This document shows, one piece after another, positions 39,201 through 48,179 of a stretch of 64,000 bases of DNA. Below the pieces are notes generated by a model. The model saw only the letters and a program-made list of their open reading frames with translations. It made no database searches and was not told the origin of the DNA. Each line of letters opens with the position of its first letter. The stretch's first letter is position 1. The DNA is from Dehalococcoidia bacterium. Lineage in GTDB: Bacteria; Chloroflexota; Dehalococcoidia; Lucifugimonadales; VXLM01. A program made the position numbers and the translations under genes. The DNA lies in the NCBI GenBank assembly GCA_963662435.1, contig OY759598.1, positions 2,202,507 to 2,266,506 on the forward strand. The letters are read 5' to 3'.

Positions 39201-40657
39201 GTTATCGAGTACGAACTCTGTTCTTCGAAGTCAGGCACGTGGTCGGCCTCGAAGGTCAGGATATCACTGGCGAACTCAAGTACCTCGAGGTCGTCGCCCG
39301 TCACCGAGTATCTAACGTTGGTGACGTCACCATCCTGATCAGTGACGGCGAAGGTGCCGGCATCCACCTCACTATCGTCGTCCCCAAACGTGATGACCGG
39401 TTGGTTCTCGGGATTCTCCTCGACCCTCAGCAGAGTTGGCACATTCTCACCGAAGGCGGGCGGCTCGTTCACGTTGGTGACCCTGACAATGACGTTCACC
39501 GTGGTCGAGGCGGTTGACGGGTCGCTTACCCTCACCCGCAGGACGTACTCGCCATTATTTGCGTCGCCAGCATCCTCACCCTCAGGTAGAGCGGGGTCAC
39601 CGGATAGGGTAGTTGCCTTGTCCTCCCGCTCCCCTTGGTCTGCACCCAATACCTTGCCGACCCTTATCTGACCGGAGGCGCTGTCGATGGTGAACCGCGC
39701 ATCGCCGCGGCTATCCTTCAGGTCAGGGGTGTCCAGCAGCTCATAGAACAGGATGTCACCATCTGCGTCCGTCGCCGACACCCGCCGGCCTATGGGCCTG
39801 CCACGAGCCGTGTTTTCGGCGATGGACCGGGTCAGGGTGGTAACTTCATTACCATTCCGGTCCACGAAGCCGGGAGCGGCATTGGACAGGGTTTTCGGCT
39901 CCACAGGTCTGGCACTAACCGCCGAGGCCGTCTTGCCGGGGCCGAACTTGTCCGAGTAGGTGACAGAAGCGCGCAGGTACATGCCAACGTCTGCTGGCTC
40001 AGGTGTCCGCCGTTGTGTCGTCGCTCCCGGTATGTCCGTCCATGTCGTACCGTCCTCGGACCGCGCCCACTGCCACCGCTGGCCGGACACCCCTGCATCC
40101 TCGTCCGAAAGTGTGGCCTCAAGCGGCCGGGATACTTGAGGCTGTTGCCTGTCGATACTCGCCGACCCCGCTTCGTCCACGTCCGTAACCGTTACCGCCA
40201 CTTCGTGCGTTCCGCCGGAAGCCTCTACCGTCACCCTGTAGACATTTCTCTCCGCCAGCGAGACGCCCGATACCGCGGCCTGCGGTATTTCATAGTTGGG
40301 GGCCTCCCTGAAGGACAGTACGCCTTCCTCGATGGTGAATAGGTCGTCGTCGGGACCGCTCAGAGACCAACTGATCGCATCTCCGTCCTGGTCATAGGCA
40401 AAGAAGGCGGCGACCGGCGATGTTCTGTTCTCAGGGTAGTCAATTGAGGAGTCGGCTGCTTGAGCATGTGCCAAACTACTTGCGGGACTAACCGGGACAA
40501 CATCCCCCATGAGCATGCCGACGAGGACTACTGCCAATGCCAGCGCCCGGGACTTCCCGAGTTTAATTGTCCTCAGCCTATGGTTACGACTAAGGCGGGT
40601 TAGTTGCTTCACGACTGGATCTTGATTTGGTGTCCTATGCAAGCTGAGTGCGGCCAC
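36239..40657 (-). CDS. Cadherin-repeat secreted protein (two tandem ~690-aa modules), 1472 aa
   Basis: Repeated EN/PNYE/LNYE, VTATDP.G, VTDVDE, NEPP cadherin motifs; signal-like N-terminus. Confidence 0.88.
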   Translation of the reverse strand: MAALSLHRTPNQDPVVKQLTRLSRNHRLRTIKLGKSRALALAVVLVGMLMGDVVPVSPASSLAHAQAADSSIDYPENRTSPVAAFFAYDQDGDAISWSLSGPDDDLFTIEEGVLSFREAPNYEIPQAAVSGVSLAERNVYRVTVEASGGTHEVAVTVTDVDEAGSASIDRQQPQVSRPLEATLSDEDAGVSGQRWQWARSEDGTTWTDIPGATTQRRTPEPADVGMYLRASVTYSDKFGPGKTASAVSARPVEPKTLSNAAPGFVDRNGNEVTTLTRSIAENTARGRPIGRRVSATDADGDILFYELLDTPDLKDSRGDARFTIDSASGQIRVGKVLGADQGEREDKATTLSGDPALPEGEDAGDANNGEYVLRVRVSDPSTASTTVNVIVRVTNVNEPPAFGENVPTLLRVEENPENQPVITFGDDDSEVDAGTFAVTDQDGDVTNVRYSVTGDDLEVLEFASDILTFEADHVPDFEEQSSYSITITASSGGRSASLDVTIEVVDTEDQGEVALSQRQPQVGIEVVATPSDADGGMRISRWVWERSAVITVDDEGTPSAECREDLDTAINVVGSWDAIAGASSATYTPKSADVGRCLRATVFYIDNKENPTVQDDDATGVLEAPVQSSRLANAAPRFVDQDLNSPGDQSDRTSRKIEENEEPEQSIGSPVSAFDDDDKLLIYTMSGADASFFSISRNNGQLKTKLSLNFEVRNSYTVVVTATDPSGAADSIQVTINVIDVHDPVRITGVSSVRYTENGTAPVASFTAFDEGDHVIRWSVSGRDDDLFTIDDGVLAFREPPNYEDPQSASDSALLSTRNVYRVTVEAAGGTRNVTVTVTDVDDAGTASIDRPQPQVDRTLSAGLRDEDDRVADERWQWARSEDGRRWTHIEGASEPQRRPVQDDVGMYLRATVTYSDKFGSGKTASAVTDYRVEARPPANAAPSFDDQDEDETTRYIDISRLVAESKAKGMPIGEPISATDDDNDTLFYELLDTPDLEDEDGNARFTIDSLSGQIRVGRELGTDPGETEDVASTALIGDPALPEGEDAGDADNSEYVLRVRASDPSTAAATVNVIVTVTEVNEPPAFADDAPTLLSVVEKVNEDLPVITVEHSGDPIDANTYAVTDQDGIVSDPGGYDDTTYTYSVSGPDGDALAFGSDGVLVFRTGHEPDFENQSSYSITVEAHSGDGPRRLSTTLDVAIEVVDGEDAGAVVLSQRQPEVGIAVHATASDDDGGVAIRRWVWELSEEVTVSVRGVPSHECEDDPDTPGIDAVDDESWTPIAGESSSVYSPKAADVGRCLRATAFYIDNVGRAQDMASGVLEVPVGRHGSFDTGPVSDSGFVNAPPVFPDQDFNTEGDQSDRTSREVAEDTANNTEAGRNIGDPVRAHDDDDDLLIYTLSGPDAEFFRIGRNNGQLKTDAPLNYEARSSYTVVVTATDPFGATDSIQVTIIVTDEDDPPVITVNTAEFISGH

Positions 40658-40690
40658 ACCTCAATGCCTTTGAGATGTGTCCAAAGGGCC

Positions 40691-40757
40691 CCGTTCACCC
40701 TGAGCCTGTCGAAGGGTGACAACGCCGTTCATGGTCCTGCAAAGTCATCACGTACGG
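40691..40757. repeat. Degenerate REP-like palindromic element (CCGTTCACCCTGAGCCTGTCGAAGGG...ACGG type)
   Basis: CCGTTC...GTACGG termini, internal TCACCCT...AGGGTGA stem; resembles a widespread intergenic palindromic repeat class. Confidence 0.55.
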
Positions 40758-41464
40758 TCTCGAGTAACTTGGAAGACACCGTCTGAGGGTCCCGGGGCAA
40801 TGGTGATCTGAAACGAGTCAATAGAGTGCAAATGATCGCGCGTCTCCATTTTGGACATATTCTAGTTCACACCCTGCCTCTCCGCCAATTCACCACAGTT
40901 CCCAATCTAGGATACTGACTGCTTCGGCTCACCAGTCCCACCAATAGCACGGACCGGTCCACGGTTTCGCGATCACGATGAAGAAATAGACCGCGTTTAA
41001 GGTCGCAACTAATGCTCCAGTCCAGCATTGGACCCATCAGAGCACCGCGCTCGATTCTGGGTCCCCTCCGGCAAGACGTACCTCACTGAACTTGAGCTGC
41101 TCGACACAAATGGTGGGTGGCAACAGGTGCGGGAGGCGGAGGCTTCCACAAACTCTAGGCTTCCGCATAGGTTGGTCGCAAGCATCTCACCATCCAGTAT
41201 CGTTTGGTCCAGCGGCTTTCACACCGGCAGACATACGATATGGGGTCCAATTGGCACGACAACATGCTTCGCCGAGTCCCGTGACGGAACATCCGTGGTC
41301 AGGAAGACCGTTGCTGCTACTTTGTCTCAAGGGAGTAAACACTCGACTGGGACGCGCGTGACCTAAGCTTCTGTGGTTATTGGCCCGCCAAAACACGCGG
41401 CGTAGGGTTTGATGTGCTGTGCTCGTGCCGGCTCCCAAGGAATATTCAGCGTCACCCCAAAGCG

Positions 41465-41530
41465 AGAAGTTCGCAGTTCAGTACACGCTGGCCTACCAGC
41501 CCATGGCTAAGCCCACAGAGGACTCGAACT
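41465..41530 (+). repeat. att-like junction 5 (probable outer attR-like boundary)
   Basis: GTTCG-CAGTTC-AGT-N12-ACCA (41469-41498), then N23-ACTCGAACT, colinear with junction 4. Confidence 0.72.
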
Positions 41531-41712
41531 CATTGATGCCTGATTCTGAATCAGAGTAATTATGGACGGCCGTAGCAAGGAATCAACTTCGAACAGTGTC
41601 TGACGACTGTAGGATGGCTGTTGCTATTTTCAATGAATTGTCCCATATTGATCAGCTTAGAGGATTCGCGTTTTCGTCGTGAGTCCCGTGATGTATCGAA
41701 GGGATTAGGAGG

Positions 41713-42144
41713 GTGGATTTGACGCGAACGCTATCAGTTGAAGAGGAAATTCAGAGGCCCGCCGCCGAGGTGTGGGAAGGGCTCACCGACTGGGACAATG
41801 CCTCTAGGTGGATGCCCGGAGTCGAAAGCATGGCGGCTGATGGAGAGACTACAACAGGGACGAAGCTGACTTTCCGTGCGCGCGGAGGGGAGCGCTCGAG
41901 TGCAATTGTTCACTGCGACGCCGGTAATTCGATCGTTCTCCGTTCGGTACAAGGCGGAGTGACGGCAGACTACAGGTACGAAGTCCACGATATTAACGGA
42001 CGCTCGACCCTCGTAACACTTGTGGCCGACTGTCATGTTAAGGGGCTGTGGTTGCGCATTATCTCTCCCCTGCTTCGTATCGCAATCCGGTCCACTGACG
42101 GCAAGCAACTGAGGCTATTCAAGGCGATGATCGAGGGAGGATAG
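41713..42144 (+). CDS. SRPBCC/polyketide cyclase family protein
   Basis: IQRPAAEVWEGLTDW...WMPGV; AGGAGG RBS. Confidence 0.85.
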   Translation: MDLTRTLSVEEEIQRPAAEVWEGLTDWDNASRWMPGVESMAADGETTTGTKLTFRARGGERSSAIVHCDAGNSIVLRSVQGGVTADYRYEVHDINGRSTLVTLVADCHVKGLWLRIISPLLRIAIRSTDGKQLRLFKAMIEGG

Positions 42145-42412
42145 TATAGGGACCGCAATTGGCGGTGCCTGCCAGTATTCCTGCCAGCGAGCCCCTCGCC
42201 GTCGTGCCTCCCTTACCAAGTACCTACGTTCTGGCCCTCTTTTCGAACCACCATATGCCATATCCGATTTGAGTCTCTATAGCTGCGGACGGCGTACGCA
42301 GTTCATCTTTCGAAACCCTGGAGAGGGAATCTCTGCAAGACGAAGAAACGGCGCGGAGGCATTCACGTCGGCTTCGCCCCCTTGTTCACGATCCACACGG
42401 CCTTCAACGGCC

Positions 42413-43435
42413 TTACGTCGCGGGCTGTGAGTAGGCAACCTGCTCCTGCGCTAGGGGAGCAGGTCGAATCACCAAAACCGGACATCCGGACTCCCTTATT
42501 ACAGCTTCGGCGATGCTTCCGAGCAGAAGACGGCTGACTCCGGACCGCCCGTGGGTAGCAAGTGCGATCATGCTGTGTTCAAGCCCTTGCGCATAGTTGA
42601 CTATCTCCGTCGAGACCTTGCCGCTGAGCAGCACCTCTTTCACTTCGAGACCGGAATTCCTCAGCCGTGCCGCCGCCCCCTCCATATAGTCGTGGACTCT
42701 TTTGGTGGTTTTCGACTCGATCCCGGACAGAATCTCGTCAAGAGCGAAGTTGCTGTCATCGAATAATGCCCTATCGTCCGGCATGACTCTCAACAGGATC
42801 ACCCTGAGATTCATTTGCCGCGCAAGGGTGGCAGCGTGTGAAAGCACCGTTTCTGCGAATTCGGAACCGTCCAGCGGAACGACCAGATGGTTTATGTCGA
42901 CGTTGTCCTCCGCATGGAGACGAGCGCGCTCCGGCGTAATCGACAGAATGGGAATGGGAGACTCGTGAATTACTTTGTATGTCACGCTGCCCAGCAGTCC
43001 GCTGGTCAAGACGCTCCTACCACGTGTGGACATCGCTATCAGGTCGCAGCCGGTTTCCTGAGCGACTCTGATGATGGTTTCGGAAGCAGACCCGTAAGCC
43101 GCTATCGTCTCGGTGGAGATTCCTGCCTGCGACAACTTTGTGGCGATGCTATCAAGTGGCGACTTGAGCTCCCTCTCAATCCTGGCGACCAGTTCCAATT
43201 CCCAGGGCTCGAAATCGGCGGTTGAGTCGGGAGGAAGCTTCGTTCCGCCGTCTCCCAACTTTCTCAGGATTCCTCCTAAAGCCGAATCGAAACTCTCGTC
43301 CCGCGTGTAATGTATGTCGACGGCCCTCGCCAGCACGACCCCCAACTTCATACCGCCGGCCAGCCACTCAACGAAGGGGATGATGCCTTCTGAAACCTCG
43401 GTGCCGTCCAGTGGGACCAATACTCTATTGAACAT
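42413..43435 (-). CDS. Tandem universal stress protein (two USP domains)
   Basis: VLVPLDG x2, DLIAMSTRGRS..LGSV, ALATHGRSG..LGSIAE. Confidence 0.92.
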   Translation of the reverse strand: MFNRVLVPLDGTEVSEGIIPFVEWLAGGMKLGVVLARAVDIHYTRDESFDSALGGILRKLGDGGTKLPPDSTADFEPWELELVARIERELKSPLDSIATKLSQAGISTETIAAYGSASETIIRVAQETGCDLIAMSTRGRSVLTSGLLGSVTYKVIHESPIPILSITPERARLHAEDNVDINHLVVPLDGSEFAETVLSHAATLARQMNLRVILLRVMPDDRALFDDSNFALDEILSGIESKTTKRVHDYMEGAAARLRNSGLEVKEVLLSGKVSTEIVNYAQGLEHSMIALATHGRSGVSRLLLGSIAEAVIRESGCPVLVIRPAPLAQEQVAYSQPAT

Positions 43436-43627
43436 CAATCTCCCTCATTGGTGCTCTTGTCGATCTACTTTCAAGTGCTCTGGCACTCGACACTTGTATC
43501 AGAATCAGACAAGGGAAACAAGTGGGATGGATGGCCATTAGCCAAGTCCAGAAGTCTGTTTGCCGTTTCCTAGAGGATACTCCCAAGAACAATAGACTCT
43601 TTCTCAGAGTCGACAGATTTGACTATA

Positions 43628-43771
43628 CCTAGTGGTTCAACATTATAGTTTCGAAGGGTGACGACGACCCTGGGATTTGGTAGGAGCGGGTTTCAAACCC
43701 GCCCTGTCATGCACAATGCGAACCCAGCCCTCAATTGCTGCCCGTCATTTCAATGATGTTGAACCACTAGG
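43628..43771. mobile_element. MITE-like element (144 bp) containing a GTAG-type REP
   Basis: TIR CCTAGTGGTTCAACA / TGTTGAACCACTAGG; internal GTAGGAGCGGGTTTCAAACCCGCCCT (43680-43705); inverted homolog at 55646-56014. Confidence 0.8.
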
Positions 43772-44217
43772 CCCTAGCGTACCGGATGCAAGACGTTGAA
43801 CGTAAGTTGGATGAACATCCGGAACGCTGCGGTCAGGTGACTCTTGACCAGATCTTCCGTAACTCGCGCCGGAAGGGTCGTCTTGTAGGAGTTTGTCTCT
43901 CTTGTCATGTTCACTTCCAGAAGAGTTTAGGCTAAGTATCCGCAAGACCGGCCCCATCTTGGAAACTGTGGATCTTTCTGACAACCCTATTCGGAGTCCT
44001 TTGACATTTCATCTCCACTACGTCTCTGTCAGTGTTGACAGGTTATGTGCATTCTCACTCTCTTGTCTGCACTGTGCATCACCTGGCATTTCCTTGTTGA
44101 ATTGCACCCACAGACGCTCGAAAGTGCCCTCATGAATACCTCTATGCACATTAAGCCACATAACTCTGTGATGCTAGAATAGTGCGACTGCAACGCTCCC
44201 AGCGTCGAGGAGGCAAA

Positions 44218-46062
44218 GTGTTCAACTACGGACTGATCGGAGACATGTCCTCGGCGGCGTTAGTCGGTACCGATGGCTCCATTGACTGGTGCTGCCTGCC
44301 CCGATTTGATTCGCCCAGCGTCTTTGCCTCCATCCTCGACGAGGACATCGGCGGTCGATTCCGCATCCATCCCAGTGGAACGTACACAAATTCAAGCCAA
44401 GCCTACTTACAGGACACCAATATCCTGGAGACAACCTTCACGACGTCCCAGGGTGTCGTGAAAATAGTTGACCTAATGCCCATTCACGATAGCGACAAGG
44501 ATGGCAAGCCCGACAAGAACCCCATAGACCCACCTGAGCTTCATCGCATCGTTACCTGCACGGCTGGAAGTGTGCGATTGCGCTGTGAATTTGAACCACG
44601 TCACGACTACGCACGCGCCATACCGGAGTTTCGCCAGGTCCGAGGCAACGGCAACGGCTTTGCGGTCGAGACTCTAGGCGGCGGCCAGAACATGAAGCTG
44701 GTCAGCAATGTCTCACTGTCGGTCAAAGGCGATGGCGTAAGAGGAGAGTTCACGCTGTCACAGGGCGAATCAGCAACCTTCGTGCTGGCTTACGGCAGCG
44801 GAAGACCGGCAAGTCTCGAGCAGTACCACACACAGGAAAAGTTCGATCTGACTAGGAGATACTGGCAGGACCTTGTGGCAGGGATGAACTACGAGGGCCT
44901 GTGGCGCGAGCAGGTGGTACGATCATTCCTCGTGTTGCACCTTATGATGTACCGCGGCACGGGGGCTATCGTTGCCGCCCCGACTACGAGCCTGCCGGAG
45001 ACAATCGGCGGGACGCGAAACTGGGACTACCGGTACTCATGGCTTCGTGACGCGAGCTTCACTGTTGACGCTCTCTACCGATTGGGAGATGTGTACGGAG
45101 CCGATTTCTACATTCATTGGCTGCTGGAGCAGTGTCAGCTGATTAGTCGCCACCCTCGAATCTTGTATGGGATCACGGAGGAATCATCACTCGAAGAAGA
45201 GATCCTCGACCACCTGAGTGGCTATGAGGGTTCGCGACCTGTACGAATAGGCAATGCCGCAGCCGAACACCTTCAGTTGGACATCTTCGGAGAAGTCATT
45301 GCGTCAATTCACTCGCTACTGGTATTGCGCGGTGAGATACCGGAGGAGGCATGGGACCTGGTCTGCACCTTGGCCGAGATGGTCATCGAGAACTGGCAGC
45401 GCCGCGACCGTGGCGTTTGGGAGGTGCGCGGGGAGCCACAGCACTTCGTCTACTCTAAGGTACTCTGCTGGGCAGCCCTCAACACTGCTGCATACATCGC
45501 AGCGGCGGTGGAGCAGCGGCGGCACTATCGGCGTTGGTCGCAGATGGCGTTCCTAATCAAGTCTGAAGCTCTCGAATTTGGGTGGAGTGAGTCTAAGCAG
45601 GCGTTCAGGCAGCGCTACGACAGCGACGCCCTAGACGCTTCTAACCTAGCGATCCCATTCTTCGGTTTCATCCCCCAGGACGACCCTAGGGTGAGGCAGA
45701 ATGTCGATGCCATCGAGCGAGAACTGGCTGATGGGCCGTTGGTATGGCGCTATATACCTGAAGAGACGGACGATGGCCTAGAAGCGCAGCCGGAAGGCAC
45801 CTTTACACTACTGAGCTTTTGGTTGCTGGGTAACTTGATATACACGGGGCAGAATGACAGGGCCTTTGACCTCTTCCACGAGACGATCACTCGGTGCTCC
45901 AACCACCTCGGCTTATTTGCCGAGATGCTTGATCCTTCCACAGATCGGCAATTGGGAAACTTCCCGCAGGCATACTCACACATCGGTCTGATTCACACGG
46001 CCCTCAACCTCTCCGGCGTTATCGCGGACACGCCAACACGGCTCATTCGCAGGCGCAGATAG
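44218..46062 (+). CDS. Glycoside hydrolase family 15 (trehalase/glucoamylase-like)
   Basis: YGLIGD, SIDWCCLPRFDS, AAPTTSLPE, RNWDYRYSWLRD, VRIGNAA, QLDIFGE, GNFPQAYSH; GTG start 44218. Confidence 0.93.
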   Translation: MFNYGLIGDMSSAALVGTDGSIDWCCLPRFDSPSVFASILDEDIGGRFRIHPSGTYTNSSQAYLQDTNILETTFTTSQGVVKIVDLMPIHDSDKDGKPDKNPIDPPELHRIVTCTAGSVRLRCEFEPRHDYARAIPEFRQVRGNGNGFAVETLGGGQNMKLVSNVSLSVKGDGVRGEFTLSQGESATFVLAYGSGRPASLEQYHTQEKFDLTRRYWQDLVAGMNYEGLWREQVVRSFLVLHLMMYRGTGAIVAAPTTSLPETIGGTRNWDYRYSWLRDASFTVDALYRLGDVYGADFYIHWLLEQCQLISRHPRILYGITEESSLEEEILDHLSGYEGSRPVRIGNAAAEHLQLDIFGEVIASIHSLLVLRGEIPEEAWDLVCTLAEMVIENWQRRDRGVWEVRGEPQHFVYSKVLCWAALNTAAYIAAAVEQRRHYRRWSQMAFLIKSEALEFGWSESKQAFRQRYDSDALDASNLAIPFFGFIPQDDPRVRQNVDAIERELADGPLVWRYIPEETDDGLEAQPEGTFTLLSFWLLGNLIYTGQNDRAFDLFHETITRCSNHLGLFAEMLDPSTDRQLGNFPQAYSHIGLIHTALNLSGVIADTPTRLIRRRR

Positions 46063-47200
46063 GCAGGAGTTTGGCCGCAGGTCTTCTCGGAATTGGGTAG
46101 CTCCTGGGACAGCGGACGGCCCGCAAGACAGAGCACGATGTCAGCATTCGGCGTCGGTGCGACCGGTGGATCAAGAATTAATTCCGGCAATCACAGGTAC
46201 CGCCCTGATGAAGGTAATCACGCACATGGGCCATATGCCCGTCATCTACGAGTCCGCCTACTGCCCTTTCCCAAAGCATCTGCGAATGCAGCCGACGGCA
46301 ATGTAGCTAATCCACACTAGCCTACAGAGCTTTTCGCTCGTTTTCAGGACTGCCCTGCGGAAGCGCGCAACGTCCGAGCCAGGCGCTACTCACGCGTTGG
46401 CAGACCTGACAGTCAACAACTCCTTACGCATTGTGACGCTTTGGCAAGCCCGGCGAGTATGATGTCCATCGAGTACGCAATGCTCGTTGAGGCACTGGCG
46501 AGTGAAAGTCGGGCGCTGACATACAACTATCTGTTGAGATGGAACTGGGACCTGGGACGCCACGCCAATTTGAACCGTCATTAGTTTCATCTGCTGCAAA
46601 CTGGGCGACAACACCGACGAATCCAGCTCCATCTTCACTGTACTCCGTATTGTCCAGAATATGCCGAACCCCGAAGCGTGAGAGCTAGTGTCACCCGAAG
46701 CGAATCTATCGATGAGGTATTGCCGACTTCCCCGTTTGTCGTTCTGCGAAATCAGGCAGTACGAAAACAGACTTGAAGACATCCCAGCGGCTCTGGAGAG
46801 AAGTGGCTCTCCGTTCATCTAACCCGAAGATTAGGTATGAAAGAGTGGGTACCACGATATTTCTTGGCAAGCACCTGAAGACTCCCGGCTCCCGGCGAGA
46901 GTGAATTCCGACTACGCTACCAACAGAGCATCGAATGACTCTAGTTTTTTTTGCTGAAGGAACTACCACCTGAATGAAATGGGAAATTGAGTCTTAGCCT
47001 GACATTCTGGGATTGGTCTTGATGGACTTGTGTTTAGTTCGAGGCCACGAAGTAATGGCTGTGGAGGACAAAGACGACTGTGGGTCGCACAGGGCCTGGA
47101 AGAGTCGGACCTTCCCGCCATGAATTGGTGGTATCCTGTTTGACGGCTGGTAGTTGGACAGTTGGGCGGGTGTGCCAATTCCGGTAGTTGAGGATGTCAG

Positions 47201-47503
47201 ATGAACACGACCAATGCGATGGGTGACGGTTTCGAAGAAGCCGAGAGAGGTCTGGATCGGCTTGAAAAGCTTGAGGCCTTGCAGGTACGCGCAGCGTCCG
47301 ATCAAGCCGCGTATGAAGCTGTGGAATACGTGACGAAGCTGCGGAGAGCCATTTCTGCATTGGCGGGTGACCAAACGTTTTCCGAGTTATCCGATGATTT
47401 CGGTGATGAGGTCGCGCGGCTAGTCGAGGAGCTAAGGAATGCAGATGAAGAAGATATCTGGATTAGTAGAATTCGACCTGCGCTCTTGAAAAAGGACGTT
47501 TAG
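47201..47503 (+). CDS. Hypothetical helical protein
   Basis: 100-aa acidic helical ORF with GAGGA RBS in an otherwise degraded-looking region. Confidence 0.45.
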   Translation: MNTTNAMGDGFEEAERGLDRLEKLEALQVRAASDQAAYEAVEYVTKLRRAISALAGDQTFSELSDDFGDEVARLVEELRNADEEDIWISRIRPALLKKDV

Positions 47504-48179
47504 AACTTCAGAATTTGCGCATTGTCTACGGTCCATATTTCCTTAGCCCAGTCGGGCCTGCAGTGCTGGGTGGCGGTGAATAGCAAAGTTGTCTCTAGAA
47601 TTGCTGGAAGCGTGACATTCCAACCGCAAGCATGGCGGGTCTCGGAATACGGTGCTGGTCGGAAACGCCGGTGCCCAGCAGCTAAGCCAAATGTACGCCT
47701 CCCATCTGGATGTTGACCGGCTTTCCTCGTCACCGAGGTCGACTCAAGACAGAGGCAGTGTCTTCCGTAAGAATCCAGCATGAGTTTGTATTTTTCGAAA
47801 TCAAACCATACGCTCCAATTGAAATGCAGGTCTTCCGATCATCGTCGTGGGAAGATTCCTATCCTGCACGACTTCTACTACCTATTCGTTTGAGAATCCG
47901 AAACATGCCCGCGTTCGTAGACAAGTGTGACAGGGTTCGATAGTTATGATAGGGTTCGGTAGCACTGAGCTATGAAGATTGTCTCAGGAGGGGAATTCGG
48001 GGTTAGATGTCCTAGGGGGGTGCCGGAAATGCGTAATGCCCTCGTGATCGGCGCTCTATGAGTCCATCACGACTCAAACCCAGAGACTAGTCCTTAAAGA
48101 GATAAAAGTGTTGCGGTCGAGCATTGGTCGAACTTTAGGAAGCACGGGATAGGAAAGGAAACCAAGAAGGAGGGGGAAT

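Noticed and set aside
41028..41438. ORFs between the cadherin promoter and junction 5
   Set aside because: No recognisable motifs or RBS; several overlapping short frames, none supportable.
11904..41530. att-like junctions as extra tRNAs, a CRISPR array or classical integron attC sites
   Set aside because: No cloverleaf; spacing is kilobases and irregular; no cas or intI gene and no RYYYAAC...GTTRRRY attC layout.
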